Assembly: GCA_009914755.4 (NCBI GenBank)
Contig: CP068257.2
Coordinates: 13,856,001 to 13,920,000, forward strand
Length of the DNA stretch: 64,000 nt
Direction: 5' to 3'
Source of the DNA: the human T2T-CHM13v2.0 reference genome, Homo sapiens
The notes beneath the pieces were generated by a model. The model had not been told where the DNA came from. It did no database searches and saw only the letters and a program-made list of their open reading frames with translations. Position 1 is the first letter of the stretch. Every line of letters starts with the position of its first letter. Shown piece after piece: positions 1 through 13,400 of the stretch. Made by a program: the position numbers and the translations under genes.

Positions 1-974
1 GGCAGCCACAGACAACACATAAAAGAAAGGACACAGATGTGTTCCAATAAAACTTTATTTACAAAAAAAAGTAATGAATTGACTAACTCCTGTTCTAGAA
101 TTTGGTTGTATTAGATGTGGTTACTTACAATTGTTAGATCTCAAGCTAGGTTGGGGAAATATTTTTATTTAGATACATAAATCTTCATTATAACAATATT
201 TTAGAAAGGAATTGAGCTATGATGTTTTAATCATGTTTTAGCTAATATTAAGTGCAAAGGAATTTGATTTTGATTTTCATAATTTACTTTCTCATTTAAA
301 ATCAGAGACCTAATATGTCTTTCCACTTCCAATCTGTGATTTGATATTAATGCTAATATGAACAGCAACAGGAAGAGTGAGTTGGAAAGCATTTTTTTCC
401 TTTGAGACAAAGATGAGTGAAATATATACTCTTTAAAGTGATGTTGGAAAGTGCCTTTTGCTGGTTCTCTATTTCATCTTGCACTGTGGCCAAAATAAGC
501 AGCACTGACTCTTTTCTTTCTTTTCATGGTTTACTGTAAGAAATCCCTCTCTAATTCCATCACCCAGCTCAGGATGCTTAGTAAACCTGTAGAGACATAC
601 TGTCCATGAAGGAGTTCAAGAGGCCAAGTGATCAATTATTTGCCAAAGGAGCAGAATTTTGCTTACTTGCCTGTAGTTTTTTAAAGAAAACAAGAAAAAT
701 TAGCAAGGAAAGAACAGTGAAGAAATTGAAGAGGTCTCTGAGTGTATCAAGCATCTACAAAACAATTTAATTTTGTCAATCAAGATGTTGCAAATGGCGA
801 TGAATAAATCATGTCCCTATTTGTTAATATGCTGCATCAGGTTATTTTGAGAGAAAACAAGGGTTCTGCTACCAGAATGTTTTCCATTACTATAACTTTT
901 TCAGCATTTCTACTTACTTATCATTAATACTTTGTTACTTCTTTTCACATTTTGAGAGCTAAAAGGGCACATCC

Positions 975-1620
975 ATTCAAGTCAGTTCACAGTTCAGTTC
1001 AATGAATATTTATTGAGTACCTACTATGTGCCTGGCAATGGTCTAGGTGATTGAGATACAACAGTAAACAAAACAAAGATTCCTTTTATCATGGCACTTA
1101 TCGTCTTGTGGAAGGAGACAGTTAATAAGCCATAAATGCAATAAATAATAAGCATATTATTTAATATGTTAGAAGTTAATAAATACTGGTGAATTCTGAA
1201 GGCTGGAGCAGGGGATGAGGAGTTACTATATTTGGTAGGGGTCAAGGTAAATCCCTGTAAATAGAAATTGTAAATAAAGGCTAGAAAGAGGAGTAATAAG
1301 TTAGCCAAGAACATACTTGGGGAAACAAGATTCCAGGAGTGGAAATATCTAGAGCAAGTGCCCAAAAGTGACCGTGTCCTTGGAAAGTGGGAGACTAGCA
1401 ATGAGCACAGCCTGGCTGTAATGAAGTGAGCCCTTGTGGTGTAGGTAAGGAGTTCATGGAGTATAGGATTACAAAATTGGGGCTAGAAGACACTTTGAGG
1501 CCCTCTAATGTCTTTTATTCTCAGTGCAATGAGAAGCTGTAGCAGAGTTTTGAACAGAAGAGAAACATAACCTGACCTTTGTTTTAACAGCATCATTCTG
1601 GCTTCTATGTTGAGAACAGA
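975..1620. repeat. Ancient interspersed repeat; the MIR-core-like motif suggests a MIR/L2-era element, but the family is unresolved
   Basis: Motif aatatttattgagtacctactatgtgcctggca at 1000-1035 resembles the inverted MIR core (ttgagcgcttactatgtgccaggcact). The downstream 1200-1620 reads like a diverged old repeat consensus. It is CpG-poor and has no ORF support beyond a spurious 125-aa minus-strand ORF. Confidence 0.3.
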
Positions 1621-1631
1621 CTGAAGGAAAG

Positions 1632-1985
1632 TGTCTTAGTTCATTTGGTGCTGCTATAATAAAATACCTGAGACTGGGTAACTTATGAAGAACAGAAATT
1701 TACTTCTTTCAGTTCTGGAGGCTGGTAAGTCCAAAATCAAGACAGGTTTGTTTCTCTGCTGAGGGCTGCATTCTCCAGAGGGGAGAAATGTTGTGTCTTC
1801 ACATGGCAGAAGATGGAAGGGAGAGAACCCACTCTCAAAGCTTTTTAAAAGGACCCTAATTCATTCATGAGAGAGGAGCCCTTATGATCTAATCACTCTC
1901 AGAAGCACAACCTTCTAATACCAGCACCTTGTTGACTGGGTTTTAAGATGAATTTTTGAGGGAACATCATATTAAGGTCATAACA
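1632..1985 (+). mobile_element. ERVL-MaLR-type solo LTR (MLT/MST-like family that starts tgtcttagt...ctgctataa)
   Basis: Starts tgtcttagttcatttggtgctgctataataaaatacctgagactgggtaacttatgaagaacagaaatttacttctttcagttctggaggctggtaagtccaaaatcaag. Ends ...catattaaggtcataaca. It has the TG...CA termini and diagnostic blocks of MaLR LTRs. Confidence 0.55.
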
Positions 1986-2859
1986 AAAAGTAAGAGCAGA
2001 AGGAAGAAGAACAATACAGAAGCTATTGGTATAATTCTGTTAACTGGTGGTGGATTTTCTGGGTGATGAGAAATCATCAGATTCTGAACAGGAACCAAAG
2101 GATCACTCCGTTGCTGATTGAAGCGTTTGAAGACCTAGCCAACGATTGGAATTGTCATTTTAAACTTCATGACTTACTCAAGCACACCTATAGATCATAA
2201 ATATATACTATTCTTCTTTCTAATATTTCTAAAGATTTAGAGGCAGACTGGAAAAAAGTATATTCTAATTGACATTGAGAAGAGAAAAAAGACAGGGGTT
2301 GTTAAGAACATTGAAAAGATGTTAGACAAGACTAGAAAAATGTGTTGATCAAGTCAGGCTGAATACACGTGATCCACACATCAAAGCTAGACTATGGGAA
2401 TAGGATGAGACTAGGGACAAGCTAGGAGCACAGAAACTATAGTAAAGAGAATTCTAGTATGTAGCCTTACCTAAAAATGTATAAAAATTACATATAAAAT
2501 ATTACTATTAAAAGGTCATTATATTTCATACTTTTGGGAATGTATTAGCTATCCAGCAGTGTCTAACATATTACCCCCAAAACTCACCAGCTTTAAAAAA
2601 GAAACACTTATAATTGCATAGCTTCTGTGAACTAGAAATCTAGACACAGCTTAGCTGGATACCCCTGGGTTGATGTCTCTCAAAAGGTTTCAGTAAAGAT
2701 GTCTGCCTGGGGTATAAGCTTCTCAAATCGGGGAGGATCCACTTCCAAGCTCACTTGTGTCACTTTGGCAGCCCTCAAATGCTCAAGGTTATCTCCAGAT
2801 TTTACTGCCATGTTATGTGGTTCCTCCATAGGGCTATTCACAACTTGATAGCTTGTTTT

Positions 2860-2935
2860 TCCTAAGAAAGAGAAGACAGAGAGAAGGAAAAAGAGAAAGA
2901 CAGAGAGAGACAAAGACAGGAAAAAAGGCATCCAA
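2860..2935. repeat. Polypurine (GA-rich) low-complexity tract
   Basis: gaaagagaagacagagagaaggaaaaagagaaagacagagagagacaaagacaggaaaaaagg on the plus strand. It generates the spurious 89-aa minus-strand ORF at 2680-2949. Confidence 0.8.
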
Positions 2936-4256
2936 GATGGAAGACACAATCTTCTTGTATCTTAATGAGGGAAGTGACATATCATCATTTCTGATATATT
3001 CTATTCATTAGAAGCCCCATAATCAAGAGAAGGAAGGGGATTGATTATAGAAGGACATGAATCCTAGAAGGTTATCACTGGGGCCATCTTTGAGATTCCC
3101 TGCCACGGTACACTCAATAGCACAAGAATTAAGATAAGGGGCCCCTAAACAGTAGCTACATGAGACTTATGAAACTCTCAGATAATTGGTGTTCTCTGAC
3201 AACTAAATGAACTTAAAATTTTTACTCTACCTGTATTGTTGGCTAATCAATACCTAGTAATTGTTCTTGGTGCACACATTCATTCATTCTGAAGTTTGAT
3301 TACAATAAATTCCATATTTTCTAGAAAACAAAAAATCGAGGTAACTATGACTATACCACAGGGAAGATTTTACACTATGCACCCCAAATAACATTCCACA
3401 TTTATTTTCTAAATATCCTAATGGAATATATTATGATGTTTTGCATCATTTATAATGATATATTGTTTTAGTTTTTAAAGAAAATTATAAATCAATTAAA
3501 AGAGGAGTAGAAAATTTAGTAAGAAGAAAGCAAATTTTTTCTCCAAAAGATTTTATGGTTTTTTTCTGATAGAGTGGAGACAAGGGAATGTTTAATCCAT
3601 TGCTCAAGATCTACATGCAATTCTTTAATATCTACAAATTTGCTTGATATCTACCTGAAATGTTGGTCTTGAATAGAAATACACAGCTACAACCATTTTG
3701 GAAATACTTTTTTTCACCTTTTAAAAAATTTTAATTGTGTTAACACATATATTATGTAAAAGTCACCATTTTTAACCATTTGTTAGTGTACAGTTCAGTC
3801 GTGTTAAGTACATTCACATCGTTGTGCAACCAATCACCAGAACTTGTTTCACTCACAAAACTGAAACTCTACATCCATTAAACAACTCCCCATTCCTCAC
3901 TCCTCCCAGCCCCTGGCCACCACCATTCTACTTTCTGTCTCTATAAATTTGAGTACTCTGAGTAACTCATGTAAGTGGAATCACACAGTATTTGTCTTTT
4001 TGTGACTGGCATATTTTACTTAGCATAATATCCTCAAAGTTCATCCATGTTGTAGCACACGTCGGAGCTGAATACTATCCCATTGTACCACACTTTGTTT
4101 TTTTATTGATACATCAACAGAAACTTGGTTCTTTCTACCTTTTGGTTCTTGTGAATAATGCCACTATGAACATGGATGTACAAATACTTGTACAAGTTCC
4201 TGCTTTCACTTCCTTTGGGTATATATCCCAAAGTGGAATTTCTGGATTATATCATA

Positions 4257-4552
4257 GTTTTATTTTATTTTATTTTTTGAGATGGAGTCTTGCTCTGTCA
4301 CCCAAGCTAGACTGCAGTGGCATGATCACTGCAACCTCTGTCTCCCAGGTTCAAGCTATTCTCCTGTCTTAGCCTCCCGAGTAGCCAGGACTACAGGTGC
4401 CCACCACCATGCCTGGCTAACTTCTATTTTTAGTAGAGATGGAGTTTCACCATGTTGGCTGGGCTGGCCTTGAACTCCTGGACCTCAAGTGATCCACCCA
4501 CCTTGGCATCCCAAAGTGCTGGGATTAAAGGCGTGAGCCACCCTGCCCGGCC
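4257..4552 (-). mobile_element. Alu SINE (full length), inserted into the L1M above
   Basis: Reverse-complement Alu: ttttattttattttattttttgagatggagtcttgctctgtcacccaagctagactgcagtggc ... gctgggattaaaggcgtgagccaccctgcccggcc. Flanking direct repeat atagtt (left 4254-4259, right 4554-4559) is a plausible short target-site duplication. Confidence 0.9.
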
Positions 4553-4889
4553 TATAGTTCTATTTTCAATTTTTTGAACAACCACCATGCTCTTTTCCAT
4601 AGTAGCTGCACCATTTTACATTTCCACCAACAGTGTGTAAGTGTTCCAATTTCTCCACATCCTCACCAATACTTGTTATTTTTTTTAAAGTAGCCATCCT
4701 GATGGGTATGAGGTGTTATGTCACCACAGTTTTGTTTGCCTTTGTCTAATGACATTGAACATATTTTCATATGCTTTTTAGCCATTTGTATATCTTCTTC
4801 GAAATAATAGCTATTCAAGTCCTTTGCCCATTTGTTTTTCATGTTGCTACTGTCTTTATTTTTATTTTTTATCTTTATAGATTTAGGGG

Positions 4890-5281
4890 TGATGTGGTTT
4901 GGCTCTGTGTCCCCACCCAAATCTCATGTTGAATTGTAATCCTCAGTGTTGGAGGAGGGACTTGGTGGGAGGCGATTGGATCTTGAGGGTGGATTTTCCC
5001 CTTGCTGTACTTGTGATAGTGAGTGAGTTCTCATAAGATCCGGTCGCTTGAAAATGTGTAGCACTTCTCCCTTTGCTCTCTCTCTTTCCATTCTCTAGTC
5101 CTATAGAATGTGCAGGTTTCCCCTTCACTTTCTTCCATAATTGTAAGTCTCCTGAGGCCTCCCCAGCCATGCTTCCTGTACAGCCCCAAGAACCATGAGC
5201 CAATTAAACTTCTTTTTTTTTTAATATAACTTACCCAATCTCAGGTAGTTCTTTATAGCAATGTGAAAATGAACTAAAACA
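4890..5281 (+). mobile_element. ERVL-MaLR solo LTR, MST/THE1-like, inserted into the L1M above
   Basis: Begins tgatgtggtttggctctgtgtccccacccaaatctcatgttgaattgtaatcctcagtgttggaggagggacttggtgggagg. Ends ...ttacccaatctcaggtagttctttatagcaatgtgaaaatgaactaaaaca. It has TG...CA termini and is flanked by a 5-bp direct repeat agggg (4885-4889 and 5282-5286), as expected for ERVL/MaLR integration. Confidence 0.8.
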
Positions 5282-7014
5282 AGGGGGTACAAGTGCAGCT
5301 TTGTTACATGGATATTTTGCATAATGGCAAAGTCTGCTTTGCCCACTTTTAAATTCGGTTATTTGTTTTTTGTTGTTGCTGTTGTTGTTTAACTGCAGGA
5401 GTTCTTCATATGATCTGGATATTAACCCCTTATCAGGTATATAATTTGCAAATACTTTCTCTGATTCCATAGGCTGCATTTTCACTGTGTTGATTATGAC
5501 CTTTGAAGCACAGTTTTTAATTTTGATGTTTCAGAAATACTTTTATTAGTTCTATCAATTGCAAAGCAAGAGGTTGTTCTATCTACAACTTAGAACTTAG
5601 CAGTGTTGTGGGTGGATAAGTTTGAGTCTAAATTAGAATTTAGAAATCCCTTTGCACATGTTGATGACTCAGGTGACAGGATCCTGACAAGTTAGTTTAC
5701 CTAAGGAATTTTGATTTGCTTTAGCATGTATGTGGTATCATAAATGATGGTTGAGGAAGGAAGGATTTGGGAAGCAACTATGAGAAGGCTAGTAGATTCA
5801 TGTGAGTCACGTAGCACTTTGAGAGGAGTGGGTTAAATCATGCAACACCTGTGATTCCTTCTCACTTGTCACTTGGTACAACATATTTGCCTGGTATATA
5901 TTTATTAAATAAATTTTGTTTAGTCTTTTCATTTTATTTTTTCTCAACTAGATGTATCTGCTTTGCATTTGACTGAGTATAGGCTTCGAGTGAGCAGGGA
6001 GCATGCCTAGGTAATAATCCCAGGCAGCCCAGTGAAAACTCAGGTATTGTCAATAATAGTAGAAATGAAATTTTGAAGAACTGTGGACTTGTACACTGTG
6101 AAATGACCCCTTGGGGAAGCATGTAGACAGGACATATGGGACCAAACCCGATGAAAAAGACATGCCCAAATGCAGAGAAGTATTTGGTACAGGGATTTTG
6201 CCTTTTTGTCCTGATCCTGTTACAACCTGAGACCCTAAAGAGGTACATCTCCTAACTATTCCAACTCTAACTTGCTAAGTTTCTGACCTTGGCTTATACT
6301 TCTAGTTTTGATCTCTTTAGTTTCTTGCCTCTATTAGCTTGATTCTGCCTCCATCATCCTTTTCTTTTCCTCCCGCATTCATGAATTGGATAACTGTTAG
6401 AACTTACTATGTGCCAAGACCATTACAGTCAAAACAAACAAACAATTCTTGCTCTAATGGAGCTGACAAGCTAATGGGTGATAAAAAGGCAAAAGTAGAA
6501 AAGTATAATAGAAAGTGACAAGTATTACGTAAATGAAATATTAATTGCTGTGGAAGCACAAAGGAGGATCCCCAAAACAGTGTTATAGCATCGAGAAAGT
6601 CTTCCCAGAGGAAATTATGTCTAAGTGAGACTTGGATGGTATATATAATTTAGCCAGGGAAAGCATCTAGTGTAGTGTGTGTGTGCACGTGTGTGTAAAA
6701 TTCAAAACAAAAGGAAAAGGCTATACAAAGGCCTGAGGACAGAGGAAGATGGGGTAATAGAAATGAGATGAGATATTTGAAAACCTAAGTGAAGCGCAGT
6801 GTGTTTGAAACATTAAAAGGTAAAAAGAAGAATAGCAAGGAGCACTAAGAAGATGAAAGGACCACGAGAGGCCTGCTAAAGAATTTGGACTTTACCCTCA
6901 GTGTAATGAAGAGTGATTGAACACTTTTAAGCATATCAGCAACACAGACATAACACTAGTGTTTTAGAAAAGTCACGATCTGCAATGTAAAGAATAAGTT
7001 GAAGAGAGAACAGG

Positions 7015-7495
7015 CACTGTCGTTTGAACGTTTGTCCCTCCAAAATCCATGTGTTGGAAACCTAATCCTCAATGCAACAGTGTTGGGAGGTGAGGCCTAA
7101 TGGGAGATGTTTAGGTCATGAGGGATCCACCATCATGAATGGACTAATGCCATTGTTGTGAGAGTGGTTATCACAGAGTGTGTTCCTGGTAAACAGGATG
7201 AATTTGTCCCAATTTGTCTCTTGCTCTTTCCCACCCTCCCTTGCTCTCTCCCACCCTCCCTTGCTCTCTCCCACCCTCCCTTGCTCTCTCCCACCCTCCC
7301 TTGCTCTCATGTGTGCTGTCTTGCCATGTGATGCCTTCCACCATCTTATGATGCAGCAAGAAGGTTCTCACCAGATGTGGCCCCTGGATCTTGGACTTTC
7401 CAGCCTCCAGAACTGTGAGTCAAATAAGCTTCTAGCTTTTGTAAGTTACTCTGTCTGTAGTAGTCTGTTGTAGCAGCAAGAAGCCGACTAAGACA
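7015..7495 (+). mobile_element. MaLR-like solo LTR (family ending ...ccagcctccagaactgtgag...actaagaca)
   Basis: Begins tgtttgaacgtttgtccctccaaaatccatgtgttggaaacctaatcctcaatgcaacagtgttgggaggtgaggcctaatgggagatgtttaggtcatgagggatccaccatcatgaatgg. Ends ...ggactttccagcctccagaactgtgagtcaaataagcttctagcttttgtaagttactctgtctgtagtagtctgttgtagcagcaagaagccgactaagaca. This repeat structure is found across mammals. Subfamily uncertain. Confidence 0.5.
7221..7308 (+). repeat. Minisatellite: 20-bp unit ttgctctctcccaccctccc x about 4.4, embedded in the LTR above
   Basis: Four near-perfect head-to-tail copies (7221-7240, 7241-7260, 7261-7280, 7281-7300) plus a partial copy. The first copy has a single C-to-T change. 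Confidence 0.95.
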
Positions 7496-10400
7496 CCTAG
7501 ATAGAGAAAGAAAGGCCCCTTATGAAGCTGTTGAAAATAACGTGATGGACTGAATTAGGTGAGTAACAGAGGGAAAAAAGAAAAGGGTGATGGATGAGTC
7601 CATATCTAGGAATCTTAACACAGAAGAAAGGGAGCAGTCAAGACTGATACTTAGAGTTCCAGTTTTTGCCAGTGGGCAAGAGGTGAAATGGAGCAGGTTA
7701 ATAAAAAAGAGGATCTCAGTTATGTGACTGTTGACTTTGATGAATCTATTGAACATGCAAGAGACATCTTGTGGGAAGAGGGATTTCCAGTTCTAACATT
7801 TAGAGGAGATGACAAATTGGGGGAGTCTTCACCAGATAGATAGAGGATTTTTGAAACCACAACAGGAATGGAGGGAGACAATTCTTAGAAATTATGCAAA
7901 TTGAAATGAGACTATTTAAGATAGAACCCTGGGAAATACGAAAATTTCAGGATTCTACAAAGGAATCTTTGATTTCAATGCAATTAGATGGGATGGAGAG
8001 AGAGTGTGGCATTAGGGAACAAAAAGGGTACTCAACAATGGAAAGAGGAGCAGGGAGATCAAAAAGGAAATGCTTCACTGACTTAGCAGCAAGACAATCG
8101 TTGATGCCTTTGGCAAGATCAGTTTCTATGGGTGTTGAGAGCAAAAGCCAAATTGAAAGGGGTTGAAGAGTGAGTAGAACTGAGAACTAGAGACAGTGAG
8201 TACAGACAAGTCTTTCTAAAGGTTTAGTTGTGAAGGAGTGGTCAGAAAGTAGAGAAGCTGGCAGAAGGTGTGAAGCTGGGGAACGTGTTATTATAATGTG
8301 AGAAGATTGAGTATGTTTATGGGCTGACGAAAAGGAGAAGATGGAAAATAAAGTGTGGAGACAAAGGAAAGGGTCTCCTGGGAAAGCAGGAGATGTCAAT
8401 GTGAGTACAGATGCAAGGTTTAACCTTCAGCCAGGGAAATAATTTCTCTTTTCTGGGGCTTCTGTTTGTGGATTCAGTGGCAGGAAGTTGGAGTTCTATT
8501 TTCTCTCTGAACAAACAGGCAAGTGTATCAGGCAATAGTGATGAAAACAGTAAAGATTTGAAAAGAGAAAGCTGAATAAGGAAATATGAAAATTGTTAAG
8601 GCCAGAAATTAATAGTGTTATCAATGTGTACAGTTGTGTAAACCTCTTCACTAACAGAAACTAAGTTAGACACACAGAAACAGGGTACTTGGATGGAGGA
8701 TTTGCTAGGAGGATGGATAAAACAGAAATGGAGCTAGGTTATTTAAAAGTTGCCAAAAGAATGATTGAAGTGAGGGTCCATGATATCAAAGCAAGACAAG
8801 AAAGAAAAAGACAAGATGGAACTAATAGAGGGATCACAGGATGCCAGCCCCACGGAGTCAAGGAGAGGAATGGCAAGAATAACTGGAAGAGAGGGCTCGC
8901 AGAGAACTGTGGTCAGAGCTGGGCATTCAGAGTTAATGTTTCAGAGGTGGGACAGTTTCAAATGATGACAACATCTGGGTGTGCTCATAGTATTGGGTTA
9001 CTAAAGACAGCAACGTTGCTGGAAATGAAGTATTCAAGCAAGAGAGTGGCTAAAGGAGTAGGACGTGAAGTTAAGAGTATTAAAAAATGAGTTAGACTCT
9101 AACTTATTGAAGTTGTGAGAGTGAGTGGCCGGATCAGTAGGTGACAGTAAAAATGAAGGCTAGAGAATAGTATAACCTGATGAAATAATCTCAAATTAGT
9201 GGGGATTTTTACATAATGCTAATGCAATAACACCGTGAAAGCAGCCTTGGGGATAAAAGTGGATGGCTGACATATTGGACATGTGGAAAAAACTAATTCC
9301 TACATGCAAAATTATGTTCTTATGGAAGAGTCTGGTTCCTGTCACATCAAGAAGAGGGTCAATAAAGTGTCAAGGGTGAAAAAAGGGATTTTTTTGTATG
9401 CTTTCAAATGGGGATTTGAGGCAGTGTATAGGTGGTCAGGGGGAAAATCAGCCAAAAATAAGAAGAGGGGAAATGTGACTAGAAGGAGAATGATAGCAAT
9501 ATGTTATATAGTTTCAAATAGCTAGAATAAAGACACTGAGTATTCCCAATGTAAAGAAATAATAAATGTTTAAGATGATGAATATGCTAATTACACTGAT
9601 AACTATACATTATATGTATTGAAATATCACTATGTACTCCATAAATAAGTACAATTATTGTATGTCAATTATAAAAAAATTAAATTAAATTAAATTATAA
9701 AGCTAACAAGGGTGGCAGGTAATATGCAAAGTTTTCAAAAAACATATTCTAGCAGTTCCTGGTGGTCTGCTGCCCAGTCTCTGGAGACTGAATGTAGCTC
9801 AGGCAGAGGACGTGGGCCTTGGCAGTTGATCCGTAGATACTGAAGTTGTCTCATGTTTGCTGATAACCAGTGTCCATTCCCACACCTCCATCTTACGACT
9901 GTAAGCTATTGAAATGTTCCTTCAGCTCACATAATCCTGTGTCCAACTTCAATTTGACAAAATGATCTTGGTCCACAATTATTTGCAGTTTTATTTGTTT
10001 CTCTTAACATGATCCCTCTAATGACTTAGTGTGCAGAAATTTTTCCTGGCATAGTCAGTCGATATTTGTCAATGACCTAATTTATAACCTAGTAGTTTAC
10101 TAAGAGTAGTACAGACAGACTCTGTTCTTCTACTACTATCTCCATCCACAATCACCTGTAAATGTTTATTGATACAAAAGTAAAATGTTCCTTACAGGCA
10201 TGGTTTCAATTCTAAATTTCATAAGACTGAATTTTTAAAAATCCTTCCAAAATATATAAAGGCATTCCAGATTTAAGGTATGTTTACTTTGTAAAATAGC
10301 AGAGAAAACATAAAGAAATGGAAGTTTATAATATGCAAAGTTGTAGATATTTAGAAGTATTCAAAAGAAGGTCTTTGGCAAGATATTTTTGATATTTCTA

Positions 10401-13400
10401 ATCAAAAGATAGGTAAGTGCTAATCCAGTACTTATGCAAGAGAAAATTCCCTGAAAAAAATGGAAAAAGACATTCATAAAATGTCTCAACTTTTTATGAT
10501 TAAGTTCAATAGACAAAAACTTTGCCAAATTACTGTGAAAATTTCTAAATGTTTATTCTCATTTCTATACTTACCTTATTGCGATCCAGTATCAGTTCAG
10601 AAGCAGGTATCAGGCTATGAATCACATTTTGAGTAGCACTGGCTTAGCGGTCTTCATCCAGTGTATTTCTAGAGGTTCACTACTAATTCCTATGGAGACC
10701 TTTGTTTTCCAGAACAAAAATTAAATCAAGATGCAGATGAAAGTCAATACCTCCCTCTTAAAAATAGAAATCTTCTTTGTATTCATCATGCCTTAATATT
10801 GTATTCTCTTCTTACACCAAATAGTTTCTCTGGGTGCCTGGGAGAAGAAAGCATGAGTAAGAACAGAATGAAAAAGGAGACCTAGGAGATATGCTGTATT
10901 GTTGATTTATGGTCATATGTAACATTTATATGCCATTTTTCATCTGTTTCTTCTAAACGAGCTCAGCTCTTACTAATGATCAGTGTCCTGATAGTCAAGG
11001 TGTTGGCAAAGTTTCCTTAGGAGCAGGACTATTGTTTTTTCTCCTATATCAAATGACAGACCATTGATTCTCTAAGGAATGTCAAAAAACTATTACAGAT
11101 TTTAAGACTAAACCGATAGTGTGAATAATAAATTTAAGATTATTTTAGTGACTCATTCCAAAATTTGAGGTAATCTGCTTTTCTTCTGACAATAAAAAGA
11201 GGGTAAATCGGCTTAATACTATGGGTCAGGGTGGAGGCCCAGCATGGCCCTGTGATATTCTAACCCTTGTGGGTGTGAGTTCTCATTGAGTACGCTGTCC
11301 TTGCCTTCCATTCCTTGCTATTGCAGTGTCATGCAGCTTACTTGCTCTCTGCCCTGTGCCACAGGCCTTCTCTCACTCGGTAGCTGACCCTTCATGTGTT
11401 TAGCTCCAATGGTTTGGAATCCTTGCTTTCTTTTCTCACCCTCTGAATCACTTATTATCTTCCTAATTAAAGCACCTCTTCATTAGCATATGATGAAATG
11501 CATGGAGTAGTGTGGGGCACCTTGTTTTAAAAGGCCTACTAATGACACATAAGCAAGATTCTCCCTCCCAGTACCAATGTCTCGGCCCCTGTGACTCATG
11601 ATCTAGCTGTCTAGTCCTCTCTATCTCTATTTCTATTTTATTTATTTCTTAGAATCCATAGCTTTTTCCATATTTACCATCACCTTGAACTAGGAAAATG
11701 AAGTATGGAAAATAATTAAACCATTAAAATGTTAATATTTTTCTATACTAGCTTTCCTGCAGCTGGAATATAATGAGCTAATGAAGCCAAAATTTTTTTC
11801 AATTTTATTTTTTAATCCTATGCTATATAGTTTGAAATAGCAAAGAGCAAAATCAAGGTTGTAAAAAGATGTACAATGGGTGATTGAGAAGATACTCTAA
11901 TGGAAATATGGGTTATAGTTAATGCTGTGTTTGTTCATTTTTAAAATATCATTTAGCACTTACTATGTTCTAAATCTTTGGGATACAACAGTGAATGAAA
12001 CAGATAAACATATTCTAGAGAATTAATGCAGAGAGTATTGTTAAATAATTCAGAATAACATTTAAATTATGTTTAATAACATAATTTCAGACCCAACATA
12101 TAAAAACAAACTGATTTTGTAAAATAACATTAAACATTATTTGGGTACTCAATAAATTGGAGTGCATCTGCTTGAAATATAAGAGACTTATGACATCCTG
12201 GAGAATGTTAGCTAGCTTCCTATTGGGGGAAAAGTATAATTTGATATAGTGTTCTTAATATTTTTAGGAATTCATATTCTCTTTAATTCTGTCAACGTGC
12301 TTCTAAGTACTGAAAATCATATTAGGAAAAAGCTGGCATTCAAACATGCCATAATCATTATTTTTAGTCTAAATTTTTCTGTATTTGAAGGACTTACTCC
12401 TTGAGCAAGTGCTTACTAAGGAATCCTTTTTATAAAGTAAAATACAACCACATATTAAGACACAGTTGTTCTAATCATGCATGTGGCTATTTTATTATGG
12501 CTGTTATATAAACACTACACCATATTTCGCCAACAGAAATGCAAAAACATTATGAAAGTGTTACTTCTGATCAGATATGTATCTGAAGCCGTTGAGTTTT
12601 TATATCAGGGATTGTATTATTCTGGCCACCTGGGGAAATAAGCAGCCAGGAAAATCTGGCTTGGACTGGGACAAGACTAATGCACTAATACTTATTTATG
12701 AAAGCATCATATATTCTGCTCTTCCGTGAATTATTGCAGTAAGAGTTTCACTGCAGTGTACATAAGGTGAAAATAAAAGCTGGAATGCTTCACTATGTGA
12801 ATGTGCCACAACCTACCACTGAAGAAAGGTTAAGGATTTTTCTTTGATTTTTTAAAAAACTAAAACAAATTTATTTAGAGTCTCAATTATTGCTCAGTTA
12901 GGATAGAGACCTTTCAGCAGGGTAATATGTTGTTGCATGAGCAGATTTTTTTAACAGTAAAAAAGAGTATTCACTGAGGTTTTATGAAGATTAATCGATA
13001 CTCTGGATAGATATTAGATTAACAGTCTTCAGATCCATTAGAAAAAGATGGGCTCAGATAGTTTAATTTAATATTTTTCATTTTCCAAAGATTATTCATG
13101 TGAATATCCTTGATGAGTTCATTGTTGTCTTCAAGAAAAAGCCCGCGCTTCCTTTTAGAGCTATATAATCAAATGACCCATCAAATTAATTAATAGAATT
13201 TTAATCTAGTGCAGCTAGCATGCTAATTAACTTGTCAAGTATGTACACAAAGTCTCCATGAAAGTTATTTTTGAAAGTCTTTGCAAGTGTGTTATGTGTG
13301 ATTGCAAGTGCATGCAGTACCTTTGAAGCAATACACAAGAACCTTGGAAGGAACAATAGCTGGTTCCACTGAAGGAGGAGAACTGGGCAGCTGAGAAGCA

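Larger units (their letters stand above)
3708..5560 (-). mobile_element. Old L1 (L1M-type) 3' portion: ORF2 C-terminal region plus 3' UTR. It is interrupted by an Alu and a MaLR LTR.
   Basis: A poly-T run at 3708-3715 is the reverse-complemented polyA tail. The reverse-complemented L1 3' UTR/ORF2 end reads gggtatatatcccaaagtggaatttctgg (about 4210) and continues as ...ctgcaccattttacatttccaccaacagtgtgtaagtgttccaatttctccacatcctcaccaatacttg. Minus-strand ORFs 4663-4920 (KNKWAKDLN...DIQMAKKHMK...) and 5231-5485 (MQPMESEKVFANYIPDKGLISRSYEELLQLNN...) are recognisable L1 ORF2p C-terminal segments. Confidence 0.75.

Noticed and set aside
1024-1401. 125-aa minus-strand ORF
   Set aside because: It lies inside the ancient MIR-like repeat 975-1620. 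AT-rich, with no coding periodicity.
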